DNA of 64,000 bases from Candidatus Parcubacteria bacterium (GCA_019661945.1 JAIFWI010000001.1:6342-70341), one strand, 5' to 3'; counted from the first letter of the stretch, positions 28,273 to 37,009 are shown. The notes: generated by a model not told the origin, from the letters alone. Numbers and translations: made by a program.

Positions 28273-28563
28273 TCAGATTGTACTCATAGACCGATCTTCG
28301 TTTGCCTGTCTCCTGCCAAGAGTGTAGCAAGGACTGCTCACTTTTGATGGTATGCCGGCGTATGCTTCATGGAAGCCCCGACGCCAGAATTTTTTCTCCT
28401 CAGAATTTTCAGGTTTGTCATGTGGACAACTATGATGATGCTTCTGGTCGTCTTCTTTGCCGCAGTAACCACAGAAGTGTCCAATCTCGGCGTGAATAAA
28501 CCTGTCCCTGATCTTCCGAGCTAGTTCCTCTGGACCCACAAAGGTCCGAGCATGTTTGGGCAT
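28273..28563 (-). CDS. Hypothetical Cys/His-rich small protein (GC-rich)
   Basis: Internal ATG at 28563 preceded by GGGAGG RBS 5 nt; HFCGYCGK...HHHSCPH putative metal-binding cluster; longer track ORF start rejected. Confidence 0.4.
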   Translation of the reverse strand: MPKHARTFVGPEELARKIRDRFIHAEIGHFCGYCGKEDDQKHHHSCPHDKPENSEEKKFWRRGFHEAYAGIPSKVSSPCYTLGRRQANEDRSMSTI

Positions 28564-28696
28564 AAGGGCCTCCCTTCGAGGTCGTGCTGGTCTCTTTCTG
28601 TAGAACACAAAGCTAAACCATAGTAATACATATTGTGGCTTATTACCATTGGTTTTTTCACTTATCCACATATAGTACCTTGCATTAAAAGGTACT

Positions 28697-29050
28697 ATGG
28701 TGTATACATATACTATGACAACTGAAATTCAACTAGAGAATTCTAAGGCTCAAATGCGCAAAGGCATTTTAGAGTTCTGCATTTTACTTATTATTGCTCG
28801 CGGTCGAGTGTATGCATCTGAAATTTTGACGGAATTACATAAAGCAGACCTTATTGTTGTTGAAGGTACACTCTATCCCCTACTAAGCCGTCTTAAGACT
28901 GGAGGGTATTTGAGCCACACTTGGGAAGAGTCAAAGTCAGGTCCGCCGAGAAAATATTATACGCTGACAGAAAAAGGTGAGGAGTTTTTAAAGGAGTTGA
29001 AGGAGACATGGGGCAATTTATCACAATCAATTAAATCATTAATGAAGTAA
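28697..29050 (+). CDS. PadR-family transcriptional regulator
   Basis: LEFCILLIIARGRVYASEIL...EGTLYPLLSRLKTGGYL...RKYYTLTEKG winged-HTH PadR signature. Confidence 0.8.
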   Translation: MVYTYTMTTEIQLENSKAQMRKGILEFCILLIIARGRVYASEILTELHKADLIVVEGTLYPLLSRLKTGGYLSHTWEESKSGPPRKYYTLTEKGEEFLKELKETWGNLSQSIKSLMK

Positions 29051-29060
29051 AGCTAAAGAA

Positions 29061-29130
29061 GTTATAGAAATTTTTAGGTCCTCGGATCCCCTGCCCCCGG
29101 CAGGCCAGACCATAAAAATTTCAATAACTT
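29061..29130. repeat. REP-like palindromic element copy 2: same 38-nt GC core (aggtcctcggatcccctgcccccggcaggccagaccat) centred in a different AT-rich palindrome (gttatagaaattttt / aaaaatttcaataac)
   Basis: Core differs from copy 1 at only 5 of 38 positions (mainly loop); flanks unrelated in sequence but again form a near-perfect inverted repeat. Confidence 0.55.
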
Positions 29131-29151
29131 CTAACGCTTAACAAAAATAAC

Positions 29152-30846
29152 ATGAAAAAAGCATTACAAATCACCATAGCCGGCACCCTCTTCACAATAG
29201 AAGATGACGCCTATGCAAAATTAGACGATTATTTGCAGTCAATTAAGAAATATTTTTCAACCTATCCCGACAATGCCGAAATTTTGCAAGATATTGAAGC
29301 GCGCATTGCGGAGAGATTATTGGAAAGCATTAAAGAGACTCACGATATTGTTACTATTGATGTTGTTAAAAATGTCGTCAGTGCTATGGGTACGGTTGCT
29401 GACTTTGCTGACGCTACAGGCGAAAAAAGTCAGACTGAGACCTCATCTTCAGATGGAATGCCAATGAAAAGACTGTATCGAAACCCAGAAGATGTTGTTA
29501 TTGCCGGTGTTGCTTCAGGAATTGGTGTCTTTTTCGGTATTGATCCTCTCATCATCAGGGTTTTGTTTGTTATTCTTGCCTTTGTTACTTCAGGTGCAGT
29601 GATTTTGGTCTACATTATCCTTGCTTTGCTCATTCCCAAGGCCCAAACTGCGGCTGAAAAAATTCAAATGAAGGGTGGACCAATGACCCTCAATTCTTTT
29701 CGCGAAAATGTTCAGGAACATGTTGATACAGTTAAAACAAATGGTACCGAGTATCTTGGCCATCGCTCAAAATTACGCACGGTGCTTAATAAAATATTCA
29801 GTATCTTCGGCATCATAATTCGTACTGCTCTAAAAATTCTTATTGTAGTTATTGGTACGGCTTTGATTCTGGGAGCAGCCTTTGGTCTTATTGCCGGCAC
29901 CTTTGCATTCATTAATCTGACATTCAATGTTCACTCACCGTATGTTGAATTTCCTGTAGCCGAAGTTCTTGGTGGTCCACTCTATTACTTCATGATTACT
30001 CTAGGGTATGTCCTCCTAGTCATTCCCCTAGTCTTCATCGCTACCATTGGCATGAGTTTCATCCGTCGCAAAAAGACTCTTGGTATGCAATCAACACTGA
30101 GCCTAGGTGCTGTTTGGATTGTAGCTCTTCTCATTGCTGGTACGCTTTCTGTTCGCTACATTCCGGAAACACACGAGAAAATTTTGGCCTTACCACAATA
30201 TCAAGTTATGTCTAAGACTGAAGACTTGAAAGGCTTTAATAAACTTGAGCTTCACGGCATTGATAGTGTTCACCTTACTCAAGATGATACGTATTCAGTC
30301 TCTGAGCGCGGCCGACAAATTGATGTTGAGCGAGTTCAGTTTACCGTTCAGGATAATACTTTAATTTTGACTCAGCGATCTCGAGAAAAAATGTGTTTCT
30401 TCTGTCTTGGCCGCGAGCGGGTTGATATTAGTATTACCATGCCTGATATTCAGGCTATCGAAACGAGTGGTGCTATTTCCCTTTCGGCAGATGAGCTTAC
30501 GACCGAATCTCTGAGCCTGACATCAACGGGTGTTTCATCCATAGAACTAGATTTAGAAACTAAAGCCTTGGTTGTTGATCAAAGTGGGGCTACTAGAATT
30601 AATATTGAAGGTTCATCGCCTGTGTTGAAAGTTGAAGCTTCGGGTGTTGCTCGATTCAATGGCCAGAATTTTGCCGTCCAATCAGCAACGGTTGATACCT
30701 CCGGAAACACAGAAATAAAAGTGAATGCTGCCAATTCTTTGAATGTCTCTGCCAGCGGTGTCAGTGAAATTTTGTATCGTGGCACACCCAAAATTACCGA
30801 GGATCTTTCAGGTCATGCTCGTATTCGTCAATTCTCGGAAATGTAA
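29152..30846 (+). CDS. PspC-domain membrane protein with C-terminal DUF4097/DUF2807-like beta-helical (putative adhesin-like) domain
   Basis: RLYRNPEDVVIAGVASGIGVFFGIDPLIIRVLFVILAFVT = PspC domain; repetitive C-term S/T-G beta-strand repeats. Confidence 0.7.
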   Translation: MKKALQITIAGTLFTIEDDAYAKLDDYLQSIKKYFSTYPDNAEILQDIEARIAERLLESIKETHDIVTIDVVKNVVSAMGTVADFADATGEKSQTETSSSDGMPMKRLYRNPEDVVIAGVASGIGVFFGIDPLIIRVLFVILAFVTSGAVILVYIILALLIPKAQTAAEKIQMKGGPMTLNSFRENVQEHVDTVKTNGTEYLGHRSKLRTVLNKIFSIFGIIIRTALKILIVVIGTALILGAAFGLIAGTFAFINLTFNVHSPYVEFPVAEVLGGPLYYFMITLGYVLLVIPLVFIATIGMSFIRRKKTLGMQSTLSLGAVWIVALLIAGTLSVRYIPETHEKILALPQYQVMSKTEDLKGFNKLELHGIDSVHLTQDDTYSVSERGRQIDVERVQFTVQDNTLILTQRSREKMCFFCLGRERVDISITMPDIQAIETSGAISLSADELTTESLSLTSTGVSSIELDLETKALVVDQSGATRINIEGSSPVLKVEASGVARFNGQNFAVQSATVDTSGNTEIKVNAANSLNVSASGVSEILYRGTPKITEDLSGHARIRQFSEM

Positions 30847-30914
30847 TTTCTTGACATTGTTGAGGTTTCTTTAGATGATTAGAGATGGAGATTCGTAAAA
30901 GAAAGGAGGGTTGA

Positions 30915-31172
30915 ATGGCTACACATCATTGCTGCCCATGGTGTAATAGACCTGTTACTGCAGCACTACTTTTGAGAAATCGGGCTACTGGACTGCATAC
31001 CTGTCCTCATGAAGAGTGTAAAAAAGACTTTTGCCTCCCGGCAAATGCAGAGAAGTTTGTTCCTGCACCGGAAGATCAAAGGCAAATGCCTGAAGAGCGC
31101 GGCCATTTGTCTAATTTTCTGGAATGGCACAAGGACAAGAACTTCAATCAGGAGAATACTGACAATACGTAG
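30915..31172 (+). CDS. Hypothetical zinc-ribbon protein
   Basis: CCPWC...CPHEEC Cys4 pattern; AAAGGAGGG RBS 5 nt upstream. Confidence 0.45.
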   Translation: MATHHCCPWCNRPVTAALLLRNRATGLHTCPHEECKKDFCLPANAEKFVPAPEDQRQMPEERGHLSNFLEWHKDKNFNQENTDNT

Positions 31173-31228
31173 GCCGTACGATAGCATCAGCATCGCACGG
31201 TTTTTATTTTACATGTTACACTTGAGTT

Positions 31229-31606
31229 ATGACAAAACTCCTCCGAATCGAAGCTTTTGGATTTTTGTTGCTAACGCTTTTTCTCTATTACCTGTATGGC
31301 TTTAGCTGGATCTGGTTCGCCATTTTGTTTTTTGCGCCGGATATTTCAATGCTTGGCTATTTAAAAAATCCCAGATTTGGCGCACTCATATATAATGCCG
31401 CTCATTTCTACCTTATTCCGATTATTATTCTTATTATCAGTTGGTACATCTTTGGGTATACCACATGGTTAGTTGTGACAGATTTTACCTGGCAGCTTTC
31501 GCTCATCTGGATTGCCCACATCAGTCTCGATCGCACTTTAGGGTATGGTTTGAAACTCTCAACTGGATTTAAAGATACTCACCTCGGCCGGATAGGCAGA
31601 AAATAA
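31229..31606 (+). CDS. Hypothetical integral membrane protein (4 TM, DUF4260-like)
   Basis: Four hydrophobic helices, conserved HISLDR near C-term. Confidence 0.45.
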   Translation: MTKLLRIEAFGFLLLTLFLYYLYGFSWIWFAILFFAPDISMLGYLKNPRFGALIYNAAHFYLIPIIILIISWYIFGYTTWLVVTDFTWQLSLIWIAHISLDRTLGYGLKLSTGFKDTHLGRIGRK

Positions 31607-31657
31607 AAACCCGCTCAAGTTTTGATTTGAGCGGTCAGACACTGCGGTCGTTTTTTT
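31601..31657. terminator. Intrinsic terminator hairpin (ccgctcaa gttttgat ttgagcgg) between convergent genes
   Basis: 8-bp stem; A-run upstream, T7 run downstream; overlaps stop codon of minus-strand gene. Confidence 0.5.
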
Positions 31658-32037
31658 GTTGTCGGTCGAGACAGGACGTAGTATGAGATACCGATTGAGA
31701 TCAAACCCAAGGTGATCTGAATACCGAGGGGTGACCTTACTACCGTCGATACTTGGTATATGCTTAAGGCTGAGAACAATGTTTGGGTGGTTACTGCCCA
31801 GATCTTGGCGTTGCGTGAAATCGATCTGTGTTCCTGCCAATTTCGAAGTGCCGGGCCAAGCCAGCGATTGTTGAGCAAGGCTTTGTGGAATCGCTCAGAG
31901 CTTCGGGCATAGCACCAGACGGCTAATACCACAAACGGGGATGTTGGAATAACCGGTATAATTACCCCGAATATTCCAATGAGCAGTGAAACATGTCCAA
32001 TCATGAGGAGTACCCATTTCGAAGACTTTCGAAGCAT
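31615..32037 (-). CDS. DUF454/YbaN-family inner membrane protein
   Basis: IPVIPTSPFVVLAVWCYARSSERFHKALLNNRWLGPALRNWQ characteristic; start set at ATG 32037 with AAGGGAG RBS. Confidence 0.6.
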   Translation of the reverse strand: MLRKSSKWVLLMIGHVSLLIGIFGVIIPVIPTSPFVVLAVWCYARSSERFHKALLNNRWLGPALRNWQEHRSISRNAKIWAVTTQTLFSALSIYQVSTVVRSPLGIQITLGLISIGISYYVLSRPTTKKRPQCLTAQIKT

Positions 32038-32110
32038 GAAACTCCCTTCTGCTGAGTCCTCCATGAGTATACACAATTACTAGAATATGTGTATCAGGCT
32101 TGAGTGGAAT

Positions 32111-32653
32111 TTATTTCAATAACTCAGCAAATTTGTGCTGAACTTTATCAAGCTTTGGATTAATAATGAGCTGGCAGTACGGCGCTGTTTGATTGCGGGC
32201 AAAATAATCTTGATGATATGACTCGGCAGGATAAAAAGTATCAAGCGGCGCCACTTCGGTGACAATAGGATTCCCTTCTTTTGACGAACCATTCAATTCT
32301 TGAATGAAAAGCTCAGCCTCAGATTTTTGCTCCGGTGTAGTATAAAAAATAGCTGAGCGATACTGGGTGCCGACATCATTTCCCTGGCGATTTTTCTGTG
32401 AACCATCGTGGGTGGCAAAGAATACCGTAAGCAAGTCGTGATATGCGGCGACGCTTGGGTCAAATTCAATCTGAACCACCTCAGCATGGCCCGTTTTGCC
32501 GCTGCAGACATCATCATAATTCGGCTGAGGTGTATTTCCCCCGGCATATCCGGGCATGACAGCCGTAACGCCTTTGAGCATTTTAAATACCGCCTCTGTG
32601 CACCAAAAACATCCTCCGCCAAATACTGCTATTTCTTTATTTTTCGTTGTCAT
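32111..32653 (-). CDS. msrA: Peptide methionine sulfoxide reductase A
   Basis: AVFGGGCFWCTEAVF catalytic GCFWC motif; 180 aa. Confidence 0.9.
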   Translation of the reverse strand: MTTKNKEIAVFGGGCFWCTEAVFKMLKGVTAVMPGYAGGNTPQPNYDDVCSGKTGHAEVVQIEFDPSVAAYHDLLTVFFATHDGSQKNRQGNDVGTQYRSAIFYTTPEQKSEAELFIQELNGSSKEGNPIVTEVAPLDTFYPAESYHQDYFARNQTAPYCQLIINPKLDKVQHKFAELLK

Positions 32654-32739
32654 ATAAATAATTATATCAGAATATCATAAACACTTGCCTTTTTTGCTCA
32701 TCTGGTTTATATTCTTACCCAGACACCTTCCACCATTTA

Positions 32740-33057
32740 CCTGGAAAAACGAACACATTGGCACGCCCGCAAGGGCTACCTCGGAGCCAGGGATTACGGC
32801 TCTAGCACGATACAGCATTGAACTGGTCCGACCCTCCGAGACGGAGGAAAATGCTGAAAAGCGGCAGGCGCGAAACAATCCCGGGCGGTGTAATAACCTC
32901 TGGGCAAAGTAGCGCTGAGACTAGGGACTGGCTGTCCCTGCCGATGCATTTTTGAGGCCTGACTGCTTCATCCGCTGTTGAAACTGTTGGAGGAACAGCC
33001 GTCGCGTACACCCATCTTTGAACCCCGCTCGCATGCCTGCTGCGGGGTTTCCTTTTG
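32740..33057 (+). ncRNA. Candidate structured non-coding RNA (~320 nt, GC-rich, unclassified) ending in intrinsic terminator
   Basis: No ORF >95 aa and no RBS; about 57% GC vs <40% flanks; multiple local hairpins (cctccg aga cggagg; gggac tggct gtccc; gctgtt...aacagc) and terminal ccccgc...gcgggg + UUUCCUUUU. tmRNA, RNase P, SRP consensus motifs not found. Confidence 0.3.
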
Positions 33058-33315
33058 TCAAAAATTTGCTTATAAAATAACACAGCCCCTATCTAACGGA
33101 TGGCGGTGCGAGGTCTTTCTGTAAGCTCTTATTTACAGTCTTTATCTTTTCTTGATGAAAATTTTATCTGGTACTGAATATAGCATAATCCCAACTCGCA
33201 AATAAAATACATCATTAATTCATTTCCCTATTCCCAGTACATTTGTTATTTTTCACACACAATATATTGTTATCTGTGGCCGTTATATAGATTTGGGGTT
33301 ATCCGAAATGAGAAA

Positions 33316-34083
33316 ATGCTTGCTTTGATTTGTGTTAAATGCTATATTTTCCCCATGAATAACGACGAGAAGATATTGACGCCTCCCTATCTCTCTGTAA
33401 GGAAGATAGTTGAGATGATTGAATTGGTTTCAAGCAGAAACTACCCAGAGGGTATATCTACCGATTTCTTCAAGAGCAGAGGTTTTAGTTCTGCAGACGC
33501 CACGCTTGCAGTTAATACGCTAAAGTTTCTTAATCTCTTGAAAGAAGATGGCACCCCGACGGAACATATGGAAAAGATGAGAATAAAGGGCGAAGACCGC
33601 AAACCTGAATTTGAGAAAATTATACGCTTGGGTTACAAAAAACTTTTTGATACTGTAGACAGTCCACATGAACTGCCTAAAGATAAACTTGAAACTGAGT
33701 TTATTGCTGTGTACAAACTATCTGATAGAATTGTTGCATCAGCAATACCGGCATTTTATAGATTGTGTATGTATGCTGGTCTCAGAGAAGAGAAAGCAGT
33801 ATCAAAGGCTCCAATTTCAAGAGATGGGAGTGCCAAACCAGCTTTTTCTCCGCAGCCGAAAAAAGCTAATCTCAAAAATCAAGGTGTTTCTGTACGTAAT
33901 GGTTTTTCTGTGTTGCCTATTTCTGGTGGTAAATTTGAACTTCATCTTCCTGAAGAATGGAAGAATCGGCTCCTTGATGAGGAGGATGCTGAAGTGAAGT
34001 GGCGCATTGCAAGAACAGCTTTGAAAAATCTAGCAGATACGCTCAGCAAGGATTCTGATATCAAAGATACAGAGGATAATTAA
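33316..34083 (+). CDS. Hypothetical protein (255 aa)
   Basis: Uninterrupted ORF; no family recognised; followed by ccccc aaaagc ggggg hairpin. Confidence 0.45.
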   Translation: MLALICVKCYIFPMNNDEKILTPPYLSVRKIVEMIELVSSRNYPEGISTDFFKSRGFSSADATLAVNTLKFLNLLKEDGTPTEHMEKMRIKGEDRKPEFEKIIRLGYKKLFDTVDSPHELPKDKLETEFIAVYKLSDRIVASAIPAFYRLCMYAGLREEKAVSKAPISRDGSAKPAFSPQPKKANLKNQGVSVRNGFSVLPISGGKFELHLPEEWKNRLLDEEDAEVKWRIARTALKNLADTLSKDSDIKDTEDN

Positions 34084-34278
34084 GCTTATTAAAAACACAA
34101 TACCCCCAAAAGCGGGGGCATTAGCTTGATTACTCGGAGCCGTTCTACTAAAAACGGGCGGGGTCAGCGACAAACTGATATTTAAACTCGCATAGTGACT
34201 TCGGGCCCGAAGTCTTCCTAAACTACATGTAGTATGAGTAACTTGTCAAAATAGTGCCTCTCCCTTTGTGGATATTGA

Positions 34279-34358
34279 TGCGCCGGTGACGAAACAGGTA
34301 TCTGTTTTGTGAATAGGATGTCTTTCGAGATTTACGGGTTCGAATCCCGTCCGGCGCA
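34279..34358 (+). tRNA. tRNA-like element: intact 7-8 bp acceptor stem and canonical T-arm (ACGGG-TTCGAAT-CCCGT), 6-bp/4-nt D-arm-like hairpin, UUCG variable hairpin, but no canonical anticodon arm (possible pseudo-tRNA / island attachment site)
   Basis: gcgccgg...acgggttcgaatcccgt ccggcgc a; GTTCGAATC T-loop perfect; interior 47 nt cannot form standard anticodon stem-loop. Confidence 0.35.
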
Positions 34359-34442
34359 TACTTGACTTTGTGGCGTAAGTATATTGTAGCATATTTTTTG
34401 ATTTGCTGTCAATGACCTAACTTATTAAGCGTGGATAACTTG

Positions 34443-34856
34443 TTAAAGTTCTCCGCGGTTTGCCTTGCCCACAAATTCTTCTAGGGAAATAATATCTACT
34501 TTCTCACAGTTTTTTAGGTAATCATTAAGTCCACCACCAATGTAAAAATCTCTTAAAGTCCATCCGGCTCCTCCCAAAACAAGATACGCCGAGTGATACT
34601 CACCTTCATTAATTGCTTTAGCCAGTGAGATAATTTCGAAAGGTACTTTCTGTTCAGCTGTACCCCCCACCTGCTGCCACTTAAGGGAAACTAAGTATTT
34701 TTTACCTTGTTTCTCTGCAAGAGCATCAACTTTATGCTTTCTTCCTCCAGGTCGTAAACCAACTAGTACTTGGCCTTTATATGCATATCCGCCTCTCTCT
34801 AATGATGGAATTATCATCTGTTCAAGAACTCCCCCAGTACCAGTATCTCTAGGCAT
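34443..34856 (-). CDS. Small hypothetical protein, putative restriction endonuclease partner of adjacent Dam-family MTase
   Basis: 137 aa, translationally coupled (2-nt gap) downstream of MTase; possible D...E.K (KVDALAEKQGKKYLVSLKW) nuclease-like motif; no firm family call. Confidence 0.3.
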   Translation of the reverse strand: MPRDTGTGGVLEQMIIPSLERGGYAYKGQVLVGLRPGGRKHKVDALAEKQGKKYLVSLKWQQVGGTAEQKVPFEIISLAKAINEGEYHSAYLVLGGAGWTLRDFYIGGGLNDYLKNCEKVDIISLEEFVGKANRGEL

Positions 34857-34857
34857 A

Positions 34858-35691
34858 CTATAAATTTCTAGTTGCTAAAACTTCTTTTGCTTTTGTTCTA
34901 TCCCCCGTAGAATTAATCATACGTGGAGCATCAAGCAATTGTACACTAAATCCATATTTTTTGTAGAGTTTAATAATTCTATCTGTTGCTTGGTTCGAAA
35001 GTACAACAGGACCCTTATGTCTCGATAGCCATTCAGCAGTACGTATTTGGTCATCCCATGTGAATCCTCCAGTGGAATATTGCGTAAATTGTACATCATA
35101 TGGAGGATCTGCATATATAAAGTCTTCAGTTTCGGTATCAAGATTTTCAAAATCTGTATTCATAAATTGCCACTTTGAAAACAACTTTTTATATTCCTCA
35201 AAATCTTGCTTATATGTAACAGTTTTATACTTACCAAATGGTACATTAAACTCACCCTTGCTGTTGAATCTACATAATCCGTTGAAGCCAGTTCTGTTGA
35301 GATAATAAAAAAGTATAGCAGCTTCCTTACTGTTCGAATTATTGGATCGAATGTAATTATTAAAATCTGTACGATATTGGTAATAAAGTTCTTGATTGTA
35401 TTCTAGAGGGATGTTAACCTTCAGGCCCTTTCTTAGGTGTAAATAAAAATTGATTAGATGTTCATTGATATCATTTACTAACGCCCTTTTAGGTAGAAGC
35501 CCAAGGGTCACAGCAAGTCCGCCAGCAAACGGTTCAACTAAGCGTTTCTCCATGTGTGGCATCCACAACTTTATCAACTCTGGAACAAGCCATCGCTTAC
35601 CTCCCGCCCATTTTAAAGGAGGTTTTACACCGACCTCGAGTTTATACTTATCCTTAGTAAATAGTGACATTGTATATTCCATATTTTGCAT
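34858..35691 (-). CDS. DNA adenine methyltransferase, Dam/D12-class (N6-adenine, probable GATC specificity)
   Basis: Motif I LKWAGGKRWL, FxGG (EPFAGGLAV), motif IV DPPY (FIYADPPYD); 277 aa. Confidence 0.85.
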   Translation of the reverse strand: MQNMEYTMSLFTKDKYKLEVGVKPPLKWAGGKRWLVPELIKLWMPHMEKRLVEPFAGGLAVTLGLLPKRALVNDINEHLINFYLHLRKGLKVNIPLEYNQELYYQYRTDFNNYIRSNNSNSKEAAILFYYLNRTGFNGLCRFNSKGEFNVPFGKYKTVTYKQDFEEYKKLFSKWQFMNTDFENLDTETEDFIYADPPYDVQFTQYSTGGFTWDDQIRTAEWLSRHKGPVVLSNQATDRIIKLYKKYGFSVQLLDAPRMINSTGDRTKAKEVLATRNL

Positions 35692-35838
35692 TATTTAGTG
35701 CTTATAAACAACTTTACATTTTAGAATGTTGAGATGAAATTTAAATAAAGAAAGTATGAAGTTTTTAATTTGACTTACCATAAAAACATTGTAATATCTA
35801 TATAGATCAGCAGAGGGGTCCTCAGAAAAGGAGACAAT

Positions 35839-36108
35839 ATGAAAAGGTTTTTGCGGTTTTTGGTTCATGAGCCAATCTTCAAGTTCCTGCCGAAATTTCT
35901 GACCTGGGCCATGTTTGTGATGGTAGCAATACTCGTCCTTGGTGCGCTTCAGGATAATCGAGTTGCTCAAGACATCGTGGATCGACCGGGTGCGATGTTG
36001 ATGTATGTCATTGTTGCGCCAACAGGTGTTGTCTTGATTTCCGCCATTTTTGAGATGTTGTTGGTCATTCCGAAGTACCGGCGCTACTGCCGGGATGGTT
36101 ACTGCTAA
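35839..36108 (+). CDS. Small 2-TM membrane protein, paralog A (GC-rich module)
   Basis: GGAGACAAT-ATG RBS; MKRFLRFL...IPKYRRYCRDGYC; paralogous to 36611..36928. Confidence 0.5.
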   Translation: MKRFLRFLVHEPIFKFLPKFLTWAMFVMVAILVLGALQDNRVAQDIVDRPGAMLMYVIVAPTGVVLISAIFEMLLVIPKYRRYCRDGYC

Positions 36109-36125
36109 GCGAAAGGAGCTCGACA

Positions 36126-36313
36126 TGTTTCATTTGATCGCTGAGCACTGGGTGCTTACGCTATCGATCCTGTGGTTTGTGGCGGTGCTTCTGTCCATCG
36201 TAATCTGCATAGCCGTAAAGTGTCCAAAGTGCGGTTGGTGGCCAATGGGCAGAAGAGGGCATACCTTCCACTGCCTGTGGTGTGGTCATCAGTTCGAAAA
36301 AAAGACCAGTTAA
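36126..36313 (+). CDS. Small membrane protein with C-terminal zinc-ribbon (CPKC...CLWC)
   Basis: AAAGGAG RBS 7 nt upstream; TM helix then CxxC-x13-CxxC. Confidence 0.45.
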
Positions 36314-36315
36314 TC

Positions 36316-36344
36316 AAGCCCGTTCCACTGGAATGGGTTTTTTC
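36316..36344 (+). terminator. Intrinsic terminator (cccgttcc actgg aatggg + U6)
   Basis: Hairpin + TTTTTT; near-identical copy with compensatory changes at 36932-36960. Confidence 0.65.
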
Positions 36345-36447
36345 TTGTACAAATTTTGGTCTAATTCTTAATTTGACTTCCCACAGAGATATTGTAGCCT
36401 TTAGGTAGATAGCCAAAGGGGTCTTTTACAAGCCAGGAGATCGGCCT

Positions 36448-36597
36448 ATGATCCAATTGAAGCCGGGTGCAGGCAGGATGCGGGATTGCATCATAGCCGC
36501 GATTGTACTTGCGGCTGTATTGGGTACTGTAGTCTACCTTACGTACCGTCCCAACGTAGATTGGGATGAGTCCCTCATCAAGACAGTGTCCCCTTAA
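36448..36597 (+). CDS. Very small hydrophobic ORF (49 aa)
   Basis: MIQLKPGAGRMRDCIIAAIVLAAVLGTVVYLTYRP...; single TM; immediately upstream of paralog C RBS. Confidence 0.25.
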   Translation: MIQLKPGAGRMRDCIIAAIVLAAVLGTVVYLTYRPNVDWDESLIKTVSP

Positions 36598-36610
36598 AAA
36601 GGAGTCTCTG

Positions 36611-36928
36611 ATGAAGAAGTTTCTGAAGAATTTCTTTAGTTTCCTGAGGACGGAAGAGGTGCCCGATGCAATGCTGATAGTCTTGATCGCCCTGGCGGTA
36701 GTTGGAACGCTCATGCTCGTCAGTGGAAATTTGGCCGGTGACCGAGCCTCGCAGCTCATTATGAGCAACCTCGCGAGCAGCCTAATCGTTTTGTTTGGTA
36801 TCCCAATTCTCGGGGCTGCTGCGGTAGGCATTCTGATGACGCTCTTCAAGATTCCGAAGTACCTACGCTACCGCAAGGAAGACAGGCTACTGCTAGAAAG
36901 GAGTCGATTCACAAAAGAGATCAGTTAG
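36611..36928 (+). CDS. Small 2-TM membrane protein, paralog C
   Basis: AAAAGGAG RBS; MKKFLKNFF...IPKYLRYRKED; shares N-term MK(R/K)FL and ...IPKY(R/L)RY with paralog A. Confidence 0.5.
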   Translation: MKKFLKNFFSFLRTEEVPDAMLIVLIALAVVGTLMLVSGNLAGDRASQLIMSNLASSLIVLFGIPILGAAAVGILMTLFKIPKYLRYRKEDRLLLERSRFTKEIS

Positions 36929-36931
36929 TCA

Positions 36932-36960
36932 AGCCCGTTCTACCAGGATGGGTTTTTTGT
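36932..36960 (+). terminator. Intrinsic terminator (cccgttcta ccagg atggg + U6), duplicate of 36316 terminator
   Basis: agttagtcaagcccgttctaccaggatgggtttttt vs agttaatcaagcccgttccactggaatgggtttttt: stem changes are compensatory. Confidence 0.65.
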
Positions 36961-37009
36961 TTGACTAACTATTAAGAATGTTGTAATTTATTAGTAGACC
37001 GAGGGGAAT

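Noticed and set aside
28564-28671. N-terminal 36-aa extension of ORF 28273..28671
   Set aside because: Internal ATG at 28563 has a GGGAGG RBS; the extension covers the PadR operator-like intergenic region.
32700-33060. tmRNA or RNase P RNA assignment for the GC-rich non-coding block
   Set aside because: Checked both strands by eye. No GGUUCGANUC T-arm with matching acceptor pair, no tag ORF ending in a stop, and no GGAAAGUCCGGGCUCC / GGUAAGGGUGAAA P4/J11-12 motifs. Left as unclassified candidate.
35695-36126. 143-aa minus-strand ORF
   Set aside because: Antisense to two RBS-preceded plus-strand small genes and a terminator; no RBS of its own.
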